Positions 47,473 to 56,589 of a DNA stretch of 64,000 nucleotides are shown here, in pieces; the first letter of the stretch is position 1; every line of letters starts with the position of its first letter. Location: sequence record KJ019146.1; one strand, given 5' to 3'. Under the pieces are notes generated by a model, which worked only from the letters and a program-made list of their open reading frames with translations, made no database searches and had not been told where the DNA came from. The translations under genes and the position numbers were made by a program.

Positions 47473-48522
47473 ATGGCATTGATCGCAGTTATCACTGATA
47501 CACATTATGGGGCGAGGAAAGGTGCTCAGTATCTTCATGATCACTTTGAGAAGTTCTACTCTGAGGTATTCTTCCCTACACTAAAGGAGAGAGGTGTCAA
47601 AACCATTCTCCATATGGGTGATGCCTTTGATAGTAGGAAGTCTATTGGGTTTGAGGTACTCAACTGGGCAAAGAGAGTTGTATTCGATCCTATGGCAGAA
47701 TACGATGTACATATGATCGTGGGAAATCATGATTGTTATTACAAATCTACCAACAGAACTAACTCTCCAGACCTACTACTCAAAGACTACGACAATATCA
47801 CAACCTATCATAGACCTACAGAGGTAACTCTAGAGGGTATGGATACACTCCTACTCCCTTGGATTTGTGATGACAACAGGGAAGAGTCCCTGAAGATGAT
47901 CAAGTCTTCCAAGTCTAAGTTTGCTGCTGGTCACTTAGAACTAGATGGGTTTGAGGCATATAGGGGACATACTTACAGAGATGGTAAGTTGGACAATGGA
48001 GTATTCAATAACTTCGATAAAGTATTCTCTGGACACTTTCACACCCGTTCAGACAACGGAAAGATCTTCTATGTGGGTAACCCTTATGAGATGTTCTGGA
48101 ACGATGTAAATGACCCCAGAGGGTTTGTTCTACTGGATACTGAAACTCTAGAGGTTGAGTATATCAACAACCCACATACCCTTTTCTCCGTTATCTACTA
48201 TGAAGATACCAACTACAAACTCTTCAATGCCAAAGAGTATGAAGGTAAGATTGTAAAGGTTATTGTCAGGAAGAATACTGATAGAAAACTCTTTGATAAG
48301 TTTCTAGACAAACTTATGAAGACCAATATCCTAGACATGAAGATCGTAGAGAACTTCAATATTCAGGAGGGGGAGGACTTCCAGGTAGAAGATATCGAAG
48401 AGAACACCCTATCAATTCTCAACCGATATGTAGATGAAGCAGACTATGAAGATAGTTCTATTCAGAAAGATGATATTAAGAATCTTATCTCTCAAATCTA
48501 CCGAGAGGCATGTGAAGTATGA
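47473..48522 (+). CDS. gp47: Recombination endonuclease subunit gp47 (Mre11/SbcD-like)
   Basis: ITDTHYG, HMGDAFD, GNHD, GHLEL.GF, FSGHFH metallophosphoesterase motifs. Confidence 0.96.
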   Translation: MALIAVITDTHYGARKGAQYLHDHFEKFYSEVFFPTLKERGVKTILHMGDAFDSRKSIGFEVLNWAKRVVFDPMAEYDVHMIVGNHDCYYKSTNRTNSPDLLLKDYDNITTYHRPTEVTLEGMDTLLLPWICDDNREESLKMIKSSKSKFAAGHLELDGFEAYRGHTYRDGKLDNGVFNNFDKVFSGHFHTRSDNGKIFYVGNPYEMFWNDVNDPRGFVLLDTETLEVEYINNPHTLFSVIYYEDTNYKLFNAKEYEGKIVKVIVRKNTDRKLFDKFLDKLMKTNILDMKIVENFNIQEGEDFQVEDIEENTLSILNRYVDEADYEDSSIQKDDIKNLISQIYREACEV

Positions 48523-48812
48523 GAGACGCATGTTATATCATTACTGCATCAGAAGCAAAGGGTATGGATGTATACACCATCAAGTCTGAGGGTGTGAAGA
48601 ATGTTCTAATCTTTGAGAAAGGTGAAGACGCTGAGAGGTATGTTATAATGTTGAATGAAGATGAAGGATACATTGTGGGTGAAACACTAGAACTGGAAGT
48701 TTTTGAGGTTCCACTATCTGCCGTGGTAGAATCCCTGAACGAGAAAGGTTATAGTTACATCTATGTGAAACCCGATGACCTGTTTATTCCACCTGATGCC
48801 AAGAAAGTTTAA
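48519..48812 (+). CDS. Hypothetical protein, DUF3110-like
   Basis: VLIFEKGEDAERY..ML motif resembles cyanobacterial DUF3110 proteins; coupled between gp47 and gp46. Confidence 0.55.
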   Translation: MRDACYIITASEAKGMDVYTIKSEGVKNVLIFEKGEDAERYVIMLNEDEGYIVGETLELEVFEVPLSAVVESLNEKGYSYIYVKPDDLFIPPDAKKV

Positions 48813-48814
48813 TT

Positions 48815-50542
48815 ATGTTGTTGTTTAAGAAACTAAGATGGCAGAACTTCCTATCCACTGGAGATAAGGGTATTGAAGTTGATTTCCTAATGAACAATAC
48901 CAATCTTATCATTGGTAGTAATGGTGCTGGTAAGAGTACCCTTTTGGATGCTCTTACCTTTGTTCTATTCAATAAGCCATTCAGGAAGATCACCAAACCT
49001 CAACTAGTTAATAGTATCACTGAGAAGAGGTGTGTAGTTGAGATTGAGTTTGAAACAAACAATAAGAGTTACTTGGTTCGCCGTGGAATCAAACCTAATG
49101 TATTTGATATTGTAGTAGATGGGAAACTACTAGACAAGCGTGGTGATGACAGGGATAACCAGAAACTACTAGAAGAGAATATTCTTAAGGTCAATTATAA
49201 ATCATTCACTCAGGTCATTATCCTTGGAGCATCTACCTTTGTTCCTTTCATGCAACTCACAGCTTCTAATCGTAGAGATGTAATTGAGGACCTACTAGAC
49301 ATCCGTGTGTTTAGTCAGATGTCAGGTATCGTCAAGGATCGTATCAGGCAACTCCGTGAAGATATCAAGATTCTAGATCTCAAGAGGGGATCTCTTAGAG
49401 ATAAGTCTGAGATGCAGAAGAACTTTATCAATGAGATTACTAAGAAGGGTGAGAGTAATATTGAATCCAAAGGAGAGAAGATCAAGACTCTATTGTTTGA
49501 GAAGCAAACTCTAGAATCTGAGAACATCACAACTCTAACTAAACTGAAAGAACTTCAGGATGAGTTGGAGGGACTAGAGGATGCTTCTGATAAACTACGT
49601 AAGTTGGGTAGTCTAAGGGGTAAGATTTCCCAGAAGATTACTACACTCACTAAGGAACACAAGTTCTTCAAAGACAATGCTTCCTGTCCTACCTGTACTC
49701 AGGATATTGATGAAGAGTTTCGTAGTGTCAGACTAAGTGAGTTGGGTGACAAAGCAAAGGAGATGAACAAAGGGTTTAAAGAACTAGAAGATACTATTGA
49801 ACGAGAAGAGAACCGAGAGAATGAGTTTAAGAGTATCTCCAAACAGATTCTAGAACTCAACACCCAGGTAAGTACCAATAATACAAAGAACACCAGTATC
49901 AGTATGAATATTGGTGATCTCGAAAGTGAGATTGGATCTATCAGGCACTCCATTGATAACCAAACAGAGGAGAAAGAGAAACTAGATCGTTTCCAAGATG
50001 ACCTGAGTCGAGTATTTGATACCCTCTCCACTAGAAACTCTGAGATGGATAACAATAAGTTTGTCTATGAGTTACTGAAAGATGGTGGAGTGAAGACTAA
50101 TATCATCCGCAAGTACATCCCCTTCATTAACAAACAGGTGAATAGGTATCTCCAGATGATGGAGTTCTATATTAACTTCGAGTTAGATGAAGAGTTTAAT
50201 GAGACTGTAGTATCACCTATTCATGAGAACTTCTCATACTCTTCCTTCTCTGAGGGTGAGAAGATGAGAATTGACTTGGCACTTCTATTCACCTGGAGAG
50301 AAGTTGCTAGGGTTAGAAACTCTGTGAATACAAACCTCCTAATTATGGATGAGGTGTTTGATAGTTCTCTAGATGGTTTTGGAACAGAAGAGTTCCTCAA
50401 AATCATCAGATATGTTGTACAAGATGCTAATGTATTCATTATTAGTCACAAACAAGAACTTCACGAACGTTTCGATAGTGTTCTACGATTTGAAAAAGAT
50501 CGAGGGTTCTCCAAACTAACTCTAAATAAAACAAACGATTAA
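48815..50542 (+). CDS. gp46: Recombination ATPase gp46 (Rad50/SbcC-like)
   Basis: GSNGAGKST Walker A, CPTC zinc hook, FSEGEKMRIDLALLF signature, LLIMDE Walker B. Confidence 0.97.
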   Translation: MLLFKKLRWQNFLSTGDKGIEVDFLMNNTNLIIGSNGAGKSTLLDALTFVLFNKPFRKITKPQLVNSITEKRCVVEIEFETNNKSYLVRRGIKPNVFDIVVDGKLLDKRGDDRDNQKLLEENILKVNYKSFTQVIILGASTFVPFMQLTASNRRDVIEDLLDIRVFSQMSGIVKDRIRQLREDIKILDLKRGSLRDKSEMQKNFINEITKKGESNIESKGEKIKTLLFEKQTLESENITTLTKLKELQDELEGLEDASDKLRKLGSLRGKISQKITTLTKEHKFFKDNASCPTCTQDIDEEFRSVRLSELGDKAKEMNKGFKELEDTIEREENRENEFKSISKQILELNTQVSTNNTKNTSISMNIGDLESEIGSIRHSIDNQTEEKEKLDRFQDDLSRVFDTLSTRNSEMDNNKFVYELLKDGGVKTNIIRKYIPFINKQVNRYLQMMEFYINFELDEEFNETVVSPIHENFSYSSFSEGEKMRIDLALLFTWREVARVRNSVNTNLLIMDEVFDSSLDGFGTEEFLKIIRYVVQDANVFIISHKQELHERFDSVLRFEKDRGFSKLTLNKTND

Positions 50543-50547
50543 ATCTT

Positions 50548-50676
50548 ATGAAAAGGTTCTTGTTATTTGGTGCTATATTCGCACTAGTTGGTGCTGGACT
50601 ATCACATGGTCAGTTTCACATCTACAACTCTTCTGTTCCACATGTTCATGAAAATGGAGTAATTCATTCACACTAA
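50548..50676 (+). CDS. 42-aa His-rich peptide with signal or anchor (not in ORF track)
   Basis: Hand translation MKRFLLFGAIFALVGAGLSHGQFHIYNSSVPHVHENGVIHSH*; fills the gp46-oxygenase gap. Confidence 0.7.
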   Translation: MKRFLLFGAIFALVGAGLSHGQFHIYNSSVPHVHENGVIHSH

Positions 50677-50680
50677 TATT

Positions 50681-51403
50681 ATGCAAGGTCTAGATCTAGT
50701 TATTGAATACCCAAACGTATTTCCCGATGATCTATGTGATGAGATGATCGAGAGGTTTGAGAAGGATGATAGGAAAAGTAAGGGACATAACGGCTCCTTT
50801 GGACCTGAATTTACAACAGATAAGGTATCAATAGACCTATACTATACAGGACTACCCGAATGGGTTGATATTGATACTAAATCATTTGAGTTAATAACAC
50901 CCTATGTTGCGGAATATGTGAATTTATTGAGTGATAACTTCCACATGAAGGAAACTGCTTTTATAAATGACCAGGGATATCAGATACAGAGAACTGATCC
51001 TGGTGGTTTCTTTAGTTGGCACTGTGACCATACTTCATATCCAATACTAGACCAACGCCTTATCAATACGCAGGGTGGTGATTCATATTGTATTCGTGAT
51101 AGGATAGCTACCTATATCATATACTTAAATGACAGAACTGGACTATCTGATGGAGTTACAGAGTTTGGGTTTGGTGATAACTTGAAGACAGTCACTGCAG
51201 AAAAAGGAAAACTCATCATGTTTCCTGCTAACATTTTATATCCACATAGGGGAACTACCCTGGAAAATGGAGTAAAATACTTAATGACAGGTTGGGTAGT
51301 CCGTGACGCAGTGATGAGATCTGAAATTTCACCACAAGATTATGAAGAAAGGTTTGAGAGATACGAGAGGATGCCCTATCTCACTCCAGTGGACAATCGA
51401 TAA
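50681..51403 (+). CDS. 2OG-Fe(II) oxygenase (prolyl 4-hydroxylase-like)
   Basis: WHCD (HxD), YIIYLND, G.TEF, FPA...YPHRG distal His and KY motifs. Confidence 0.9.
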   Translation: MQGLDLVIEYPNVFPDDLCDEMIERFEKDDRKSKGHNGSFGPEFTTDKVSIDLYYTGLPEWVDIDTKSFELITPYVAEYVNLLSDNFHMKETAFINDQGYQIQRTDPGGFFSWHCDHTSYPILDQRLINTQGGDSYCIRDRIATYIIYLNDRTGLSDGVTEFGFGDNLKTVTAEKGKLIMFPANILYPHRGTTLENGVKYLMTGWVVRDAVMRSEISPQDYEERFERYERMPYLTPVDNR

Positions 51404-51447
51404 ACTGTCCACCCCCACCAGTCATGGGGGTTTTTCTATGCCATAAT
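51389..51447 (+). promoter_or_regulatory. Palindromic operator-like site, terminator hairpin and extended -10 promoter
   Basis: GTGGACA-N10-TGTCCAC (51389-51412), CCCCCA/TGGGGG plus T5 hairpin, TGcCATAAT (51439-47). Confidence 0.6.
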
Positions 51448-51471
51448 AGGTTCATACCAAGGGAAACACCT

Positions 51472-53616
51472 ATGATCAACCTAGAAGTCAAAGGACAACT
51501 AGCGAAGCTCCTAGCAACTGAGGATCTTATTGTGGAACACCGCAATGTAGATACTGCGATGTTCAATGTGGATACTCGCGTCCTGACTCTTCCTAGGTGG
51601 GATAAAGCAAGTAATACCGTATTTGATCTTCTAATCTCACATGAGGTTGGCCACGCTCTCTTCACTCCTAATGAAGACTGGACTGCTAAGGTATCCTGTC
51701 CAAAGATGTTTGTGAATGTAACTGAAGATGCTCGTATTGAGTCTCTGATGAAGCGTAGGTTTGGTGGACTACCCAAGACTTTCTATAACGGATATAAAGA
51801 GTTATACAATGAAGACTTCTTTGGTATTGGTGATGAAGATCCATCTGGTATGCAGATTGCAGATAGGGTAAACCTACACTTCAAAGTTGGCAACTTTATC
51901 AAGATCCCCTTCACTAAAGAGGAACAGGTTGTTGTTGATCAGATTGCTAGTGCAAAGACTTTCAAAGACGCATTAGAATCCGCTGAAGCGTTATACGCCC
52001 TTCATAAAATAGAGAAAGAAGAGAAGGAGAAAGAGGTGGTGGCACCAATATCAGGTGATGATGGTGGCGGTGAATCTGATCAAGAAGATACAGATGGTGA
52101 GGAAGAAACAATCCAAACAGAAACTGATAGTGGGGTTGAGGGTGGAGATAATACTGATGATGAACCAGGAGATTCTGAATCTAATACAGAAGACACAGTA
52201 GATAGTTCTGGTGGTGGAGATCAGAGTGATATAGATGATGACATAGTGAAGACTATGGAGAATGTGGAGGATAAACTAAAAGATCTAACCAACCCAAACC
52301 TCAGTGGTGAACCAATATATCTTACCCACCCTAAGATTGATTTGGATAAAGTTGTTATTTCCAATGAAACAGTTCACGAACGCATTGCCAGACACTGGAA
52401 TATTCGTTTGTCACTACTCAAAACTGAGGATGAATCGAAACTAAAGGAAGTTGAATACTTTATCCATAGGGATTATGGTAGACATGAAGAAAGTTTCAGG
52501 AAGTTTAGGAAAGATATTCAACCTGAAGTTAACTATATGGTGAAAGAGTTTGAGTGTAAGAAGTCCGCAGATGCATACTCACGAGCAACAGTTTCTAAGA
52601 CTGGTGTTCTGGATTGCACCAAACTACATACTTACAGATACAATGAAGATCTGTTCAGGAAAGTTACCACTCTCCCTGAAGGTAAGAACCATGGTTTGAT
52701 ATTTGTTCTTGACTGGAGTGGTTCCATGTGTGAGGTTCTTTCCAACACTGTGAAGCAACTCCTATCACTGGTTATGTTCTGTGATAAAGTTGGTATTCCT
52801 TTTGATGTGTATACCTTCACCAATGACTACAACAAATATGATCCATATGCTCCCAGAGAACTTGGGGAAGTGAATACCTTTGATCTAGGTGGCAATTTCA
52901 ATATGGTGAATATTCTAACCAGTAAGGTTAACCGTAAGACTCTAACCAAACAGATGGAGAGAATCTATATGATTGCCGAAATGTTTACCTATGGTAACTA
53001 TGGATGTGTTCCTGATTGTATGTGCCTCTCAGGAACTCCCCTGAATGAAGCTATCCTTACTCTTCACTCAATTCTCCCTAAGTTCCAGAGTGAAAACAAT
53101 GTTCAGAAAACACATACTATCATTCTTACTGATGGTGAAGCGGGTGGTTCTAGATGTGTAAAGGAAAATAACCAGGAAGGTGGACGTGGTAAGTATGTTA
53201 GTCGTTTTGTTGGTAACCATACTTACCTCCGTAATAGGAAAACAGGTGTAACTCGTAAGATTGAAACCTTTGGTGTTACTAAAGACCTATTAGAAGATCT
53301 CCGTGAAACCTTCCCCCACAGCACTTTCACCGGGTTTCGTATTCTAGAAATTGGTGGTAGTTGGTTTGTTCGTCAGGCTGTTGGTTATGATCAACAGAAA
53401 CTAACAGAATGGAAAAAGAACAAATCAATTTGTTTAGAAAACCAAGGTTATAATAAATACTTTGTTATACAATCAAACAAACTCAAGTATGATACTGAGT
53501 TTGATGTTGATGAAGGAGCTACAAAGGCGAAGATCAAATCCTCATTCGCCAAGTCCCTTAAAGGGAAGAAGAACAACAAACGTATCCTAGGTGATTTTAT
53601 TGGAATGATCGCCTGA
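51472..53616 (+). CDS. Metallopeptidase-like plus von Willebrand A (CobT-like) protein, partner of the MoxR ATPase
   Basis: HEVGHALFTP (HExxH), acidic linker, FVLDWSGSM MIDAS motif, GTPLNEA and LTDGE; start placed at ATG 51472 downstream of the promoter. Confidence 0.8.
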   Translation: MINLEVKGQLAKLLATEDLIVEHRNVDTAMFNVDTRVLTLPRWDKASNTVFDLLISHEVGHALFTPNEDWTAKVSCPKMFVNVTEDARIESLMKRRFGGLPKTFYNGYKELYNEDFFGIGDEDPSGMQIADRVNLHFKVGNFIKIPFTKEEQVVVDQIASAKTFKDALESAEALYALHKIEKEEKEKEVVAPISGDDGGGESDQEDTDGEEETIQTETDSGVEGGDNTDDEPGDSESNTEDTVDSSGGGDQSDIDDDIVKTMENVEDKLKDLTNPNLSGEPIYLTHPKIDLDKVVISNETVHERIARHWNIRLSLLKTEDESKLKEVEYFIHRDYGRHEESFRKFRKDIQPEVNYMVKEFECKKSADAYSRATVSKTGVLDCTKLHTYRYNEDLFRKVTTLPEGKNHGLIFVLDWSGSMCEVLSNTVKQLLSLVMFCDKVGIPFDVYTFTNDYNKYDPYAPRELGEVNTFDLGGNFNMVNILTSKVNRKTLTKQMERIYMIAEMFTYGNYGCVPDCMCLSGTPLNEAILTLHSILPKFQSENNVQKTHTIILTDGEAGGSRCVKENNQEGGRGKYVSRFVGNHTYLRNRKTGVTRKIETFGVTKDLLEDLRETFPHSTFTGFRILEIGGSWFVRQAVGYDQQKLTEWKKNKSICLENQGYNKYFVIQSNKLKYDTEFDVDEGATKAKIKSSFAKSLKGKKNNKRILGDFIGMIA

Positions 53617-53617
53617 T

Positions 53618-53676
53618 GTGACACTCCACAAACTGGCACAATGGGGGGTTGCAGGAATCCCCTTCCCGTGTATAAT
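53618..53676 (+). promoter_or_regulatory. Palindromic operator-like site and sigma70-like promoter
   Basis: GTGACA-N10-TGGCAC (53618-39); TTGCAG-N16-TATAAT (53649-76). Confidence 0.6.
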
Positions 53677-53709
53677 AGTTGTATACCAAACAAGGAAACC
53701 ACAAACTCA

Positions 53710-54843
53710 ATGGCCCGACTCGCTATGACAACTGATCAAATTGTTGAGAAACTGAAAGAGACCTATGGTGAGAACGTAACTACAGCTGAACTCAAAGCCT
53801 TCTGTGCTATGAATGATTGTGGTTACCCTACAGTCACTCGTCGATTGGAAGAATATAAGTCTGGTCGTGGTCGTTGGAATCTAACCCTAAACGAGAAGTT
53901 GGAACAAACCTATCAAGGACCATCTGGTGTCCCTGCTGTTATGGATATTTCAGAAACAAACCTTGTTCCAGACAAAGATAGTAACTTTGTTTCATTCGGT
54001 AACTTCACTGATTTGAAACAAGTCATCAAGTCTGGTATCTTCTATCCTACCTTTATCACTGGTTTATCTGGTAACGGAAAAACCTTTGGTGTAGAACAAG
54101 CTTGTGCTCAACTTGGTAGGGAACTGATTCGAGTAAATATTACAATTGAAACCGATGAAGACGATCTTATTGGTGGTTTCCGTCTCATTGATGGTGCTAC
54201 TGTTTGGCATAATGGTCCAGTCATCGAGGCTCTGGAACGGGGAGCTGTTCTTCTTCTAGATGAGATTGATCTGGCTTCTAACAAGATTCTTTGTCTTCAA
54301 TCTATCCTAGAAGGTAAGGGAGTATTCCTCAAGAAGATTGGTAAGTTTGTGAGACCTACCAATGGGTTCAACGTGATTGCAACCGCAAACACAAAAGGTA
54401 AGGGTTCTGACGATGGTAGGTTTATTGGAACTAATGTTCTGAATGAAGCATTCCTAGAACGTTTCCCTGTAACCTTTGAGCAGGAATATCCAGTAGCATC
54501 AGTAGAAACTAAACTCCTGAAGAAGTATGCTTCTTCATTGGGTATCGTAGATGATAAGTTTTGTAAGTATCTGGCAGACTGGGGTGATATCATCCGTAAA
54601 ACATTCTATGATGGTGGTGTAGATGAGGTTATCTCCACACGACGTTTGGTTCACATCCTTCGGGCATATAGTATCTTTGATGACAAATCAAAGGCAGTTG
54701 CTATCTGTCTAAACAGGTTTGATGATGAAACCAAACAAGCCTTTATGGATCTCTATGACAAGATTGACAACGAAGTCACCTTTCAATTTGGTGAAGGCAC
54801 CGACAACGTTCAGTACTCTGAAACACCAGATACAAACTTCTAA
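53710..54843 (+). CDS. cobS: CobS-like MoxR-family AAA+ ATPase
   Basis: GLSGNGKT Walker A, LLLDEID Walker B, ATANTKGKG, NEAFLERF, ISTRRL; start at ATG 53710 after the promoter. Confidence 0.85.
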   Translation: MARLAMTTDQIVEKLKETYGENVTTAELKAFCAMNDCGYPTVTRRLEEYKSGRGRWNLTLNEKLEQTYQGPSGVPAVMDISETNLVPDKDSNFVSFGNFTDLKQVIKSGIFYPTFITGLSGNGKTFGVEQACAQLGRELIRVNITIETDEDDLIGGFRLIDGATVWHNGPVIEALERGAVLLLDEIDLASNKILCLQSILEGKGVFLKKIGKFVRPTNGFNVIATANTKGKGSDDGRFIGTNVLNEAFLERFPVTFEQEYPVASVETKLLKKYASSLGIVDDKFCKYLADWGDIIRKTFYDGGVDEVISTRRLVHILRAYSIFDDKSKAVAICLNRFDDETKQAFMDLYDKIDNEVTFQFGEGTDNVQYSETPDTNF

Positions 54844-55284
54844 ATGATTTATCCTACTATGAACTCCTGGTCTATGTTATTCGATGAAATTGGTGAAATC
54901 AATTTTGATGACTCCGAATACACTGAAGACGTTATTATTCAACCCAACACTATGAAAGAAACAACTAAAGACGAAACATTCTGGAGGTATGATGAGGGTA
55001 AAATTCTCCGTGAAGTAGAAGCTTACCTCTCAAGTACCTACAAAGGTCACTACGTTGGTGGTGAAACCAAGATTCAAACACTAGACCTTATTGATTCTAT
55101 TGGTGACTCTGAATCATTCTGTAGATCTAACGCCATCAAATACCTCTCTAGGTTTGGGAAGAAGGATGGTAAAAACCAGAAGGATCTCCTAAAGGTTATT
55201 CACTATGCCATCCTCCTTTACCACTTCGCAGGACTACCCTTCACAGAAGACGCTGTGGAAACTCACTCGCCTACTGGGCGTTAA
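54844..55284 (+). CDS. DUF3310-like protein
   Basis: HY......IQTLDLI......FCRSNAIKYLSRFGKKDG...DLLK..HY motif. Confidence 0.65.
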   Translation: MIYPTMNSWSMLFDEIGEINFDDSEYTEDVIIQPNTMKETTKDETFWRYDEGKILREVEAYLSSTYKGHYVGGETKIQTLDLIDSIGDSESFCRSNAIKYLSRFGKKDGKNQKDLLKVIHYAILLYHFAGLPFTEDAVETHSPTGR

Positions 55285-55291
55285 CCCATAT

Positions 55292-55309
55292 CTGTGTTAT
55301 AATACACAG
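55292..55309 (+). promoter_or_regulatory. Extended -10 promoter for gp45 embedded in an inverted repeat
   Basis: CTGTGT-TATAAT-ACACAG. Confidence 0.65.
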
Positions 55310-55340
55310 GAAACCATCTCATCCTTTATCTTTTATATTA

Positions 55341-56009
55341 ATGAAACTATCTGACGAAACTATTGCAGTGTTGAAGAACTTCTCTTCTATCAACCAGAGT
55401 ATTATTGTGGGTGAGGGTAACACCTTAAGAACTATCTCAGTGATGAAGAACATCCTTGCTGAGGCAAAAGTCTCTGAGAACTTTGAGAAGTCCTTTGCTA
55501 TCTACGACCTCAATGAGTTTCTAAATGGTTTATCACTTCATGACAACTACGCATTGGATTTCACCAATGACACATTCGTTGTTATCCGTGAAGGTCGTCG
55601 CCGTGTGAACTATCACTTCGCAGACCCTGAAGTTATTGTTGCTCCACCTGATAAGCAACTCCAACTTCCCTCTGAGGATGTATGTTTCCAATTGGATCAC
55701 AGCCAACTCCTACAACTAGTGAAAGCTGCTTCTATCTACAAACTCCCTGATCTATCCGTTGTTGGTGAGGATGGTACTATCTCCCTAGTTGTTCGCGATA
55801 AGAAGAACGACTCATCCAATGTGTATTCTGTGGATGTTGGTGAGACTACCGATGACTTCACCTTCAACTTCAAGGTTGAGAATACTAACAAGATTCTCGC
55901 TGGTAACTACGATGTGGTTATCTCTCAGAAACTACTCGCCAAGTTCACTGGACAGAAGAACAATGTTGAGTATTTTATCGCTTTAGAACCAGACAGCACC
56001 TTTGGGTGA
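55341..56009 (+). CDS. gp45: Sliding clamp gp45
   Basis: MKLS.ETI.VLKNFSSINQSI, F.IYDLNEFL, YFIALE motifs. Confidence 0.96.
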   Translation: MKLSDETIAVLKNFSSINQSIIVGEGNTLRTISVMKNILAEAKVSENFEKSFAIYDLNEFLNGLSLHDNYALDFTNDTFVVIREGRRRVNYHFADPEVIVAPPDKQLQLPSEDVCFQLDHSQLLQLVKAASIYKLPDLSVVGEDGTISLVVRDKKNDSSNVYSVDVGETTDDFTFNFKVENTNKILAGNYDVVISQKLLAKFTGQKNNVEYFIALEPDSTFG

Positions 56010-56015
56010 TATGAT

Positions 56016-56040
56016 GGGAGGGTAACACCTCCCTTTTTTT
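56016..56040 (+). terminator. Intrinsic terminator after gp45
   Basis: GGGAGG-gtaaca-CCTCCC followed by T7. Confidence 0.85.
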
Positions 56041-56568
56041 ATGAACATTTTCGTCACAGATCACTCACCCTATGCTAGTGCAGTTGTATTACCTGACCGC
56101 CATGTAAATAAAATGGGTTTAGAAGCATGTCAGATGGTGGCTATCATCTACTCTCACTGGTATTACAACTGGGGTGAGATACACAAAGCGAACGGAGAAC
56201 CATACTCTACTGAGAAGGGTGCGTTTCGCAACCACCCCTGCACCAAGTGGGCAGCAGAGAGTATGTACAACACAGCCTGGTTGATCGCTCATGGTCTAGC
56301 ACTCTGTACTGAATACACTGCTAGGTATGGTAAAGTTCACTCTTGTGCTAAGACCTTGTTTGAAGCCAAGAAGATGTTCCATAGATACACTGGTGAGACC
56401 ATCCTATGTTACAATATGGTGGAGGACTTCACCCGTGCCATGCCTGATGAGTTCAAGCTTGACACTGGTATCTCTACCTTTGATGCGTATAAGATGTATA
56501 TTTCATCCAAACCTTGGGTGAAAGACAACTATCTCCGCAAACCTGAACGCAAACCCTCTTGGGTTTGA
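56041..56568 (+). CDS. Pyrimidine-dimer DNA glycosylase family protein (DenV-like)
   Basis: MNIF......SA..LPDRHVNKM.LE..QM, NHPCTKW, EYTARYGK.H motifs. Confidence 0.75.
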   Translation: MNIFVTDHSPYASAVVLPDRHVNKMGLEACQMVAIIYSHWYYNWGEIHKANGEPYSTEKGAFRNHPCTKWAAESMYNTAWLIAHGLALCTEYTARYGKVHSCAKTLFEAKKMFHRYTGETILCYNMVEDFTRAMPDEFKLDTGISTFDAYKMYISSKPWVKDNYLRKPERKPSWV

Positions 56569-56589
56569 TTACTTTATTATCTTTTTATT

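Noticed and set aside
51424-53709. Upstream starts 51424 and 53641 given by the ORF track
   Set aside because: They fall within hairpin/promoter sequence; ATG 51472 and 53710 follow the -10 boxes and purine-rich sites.
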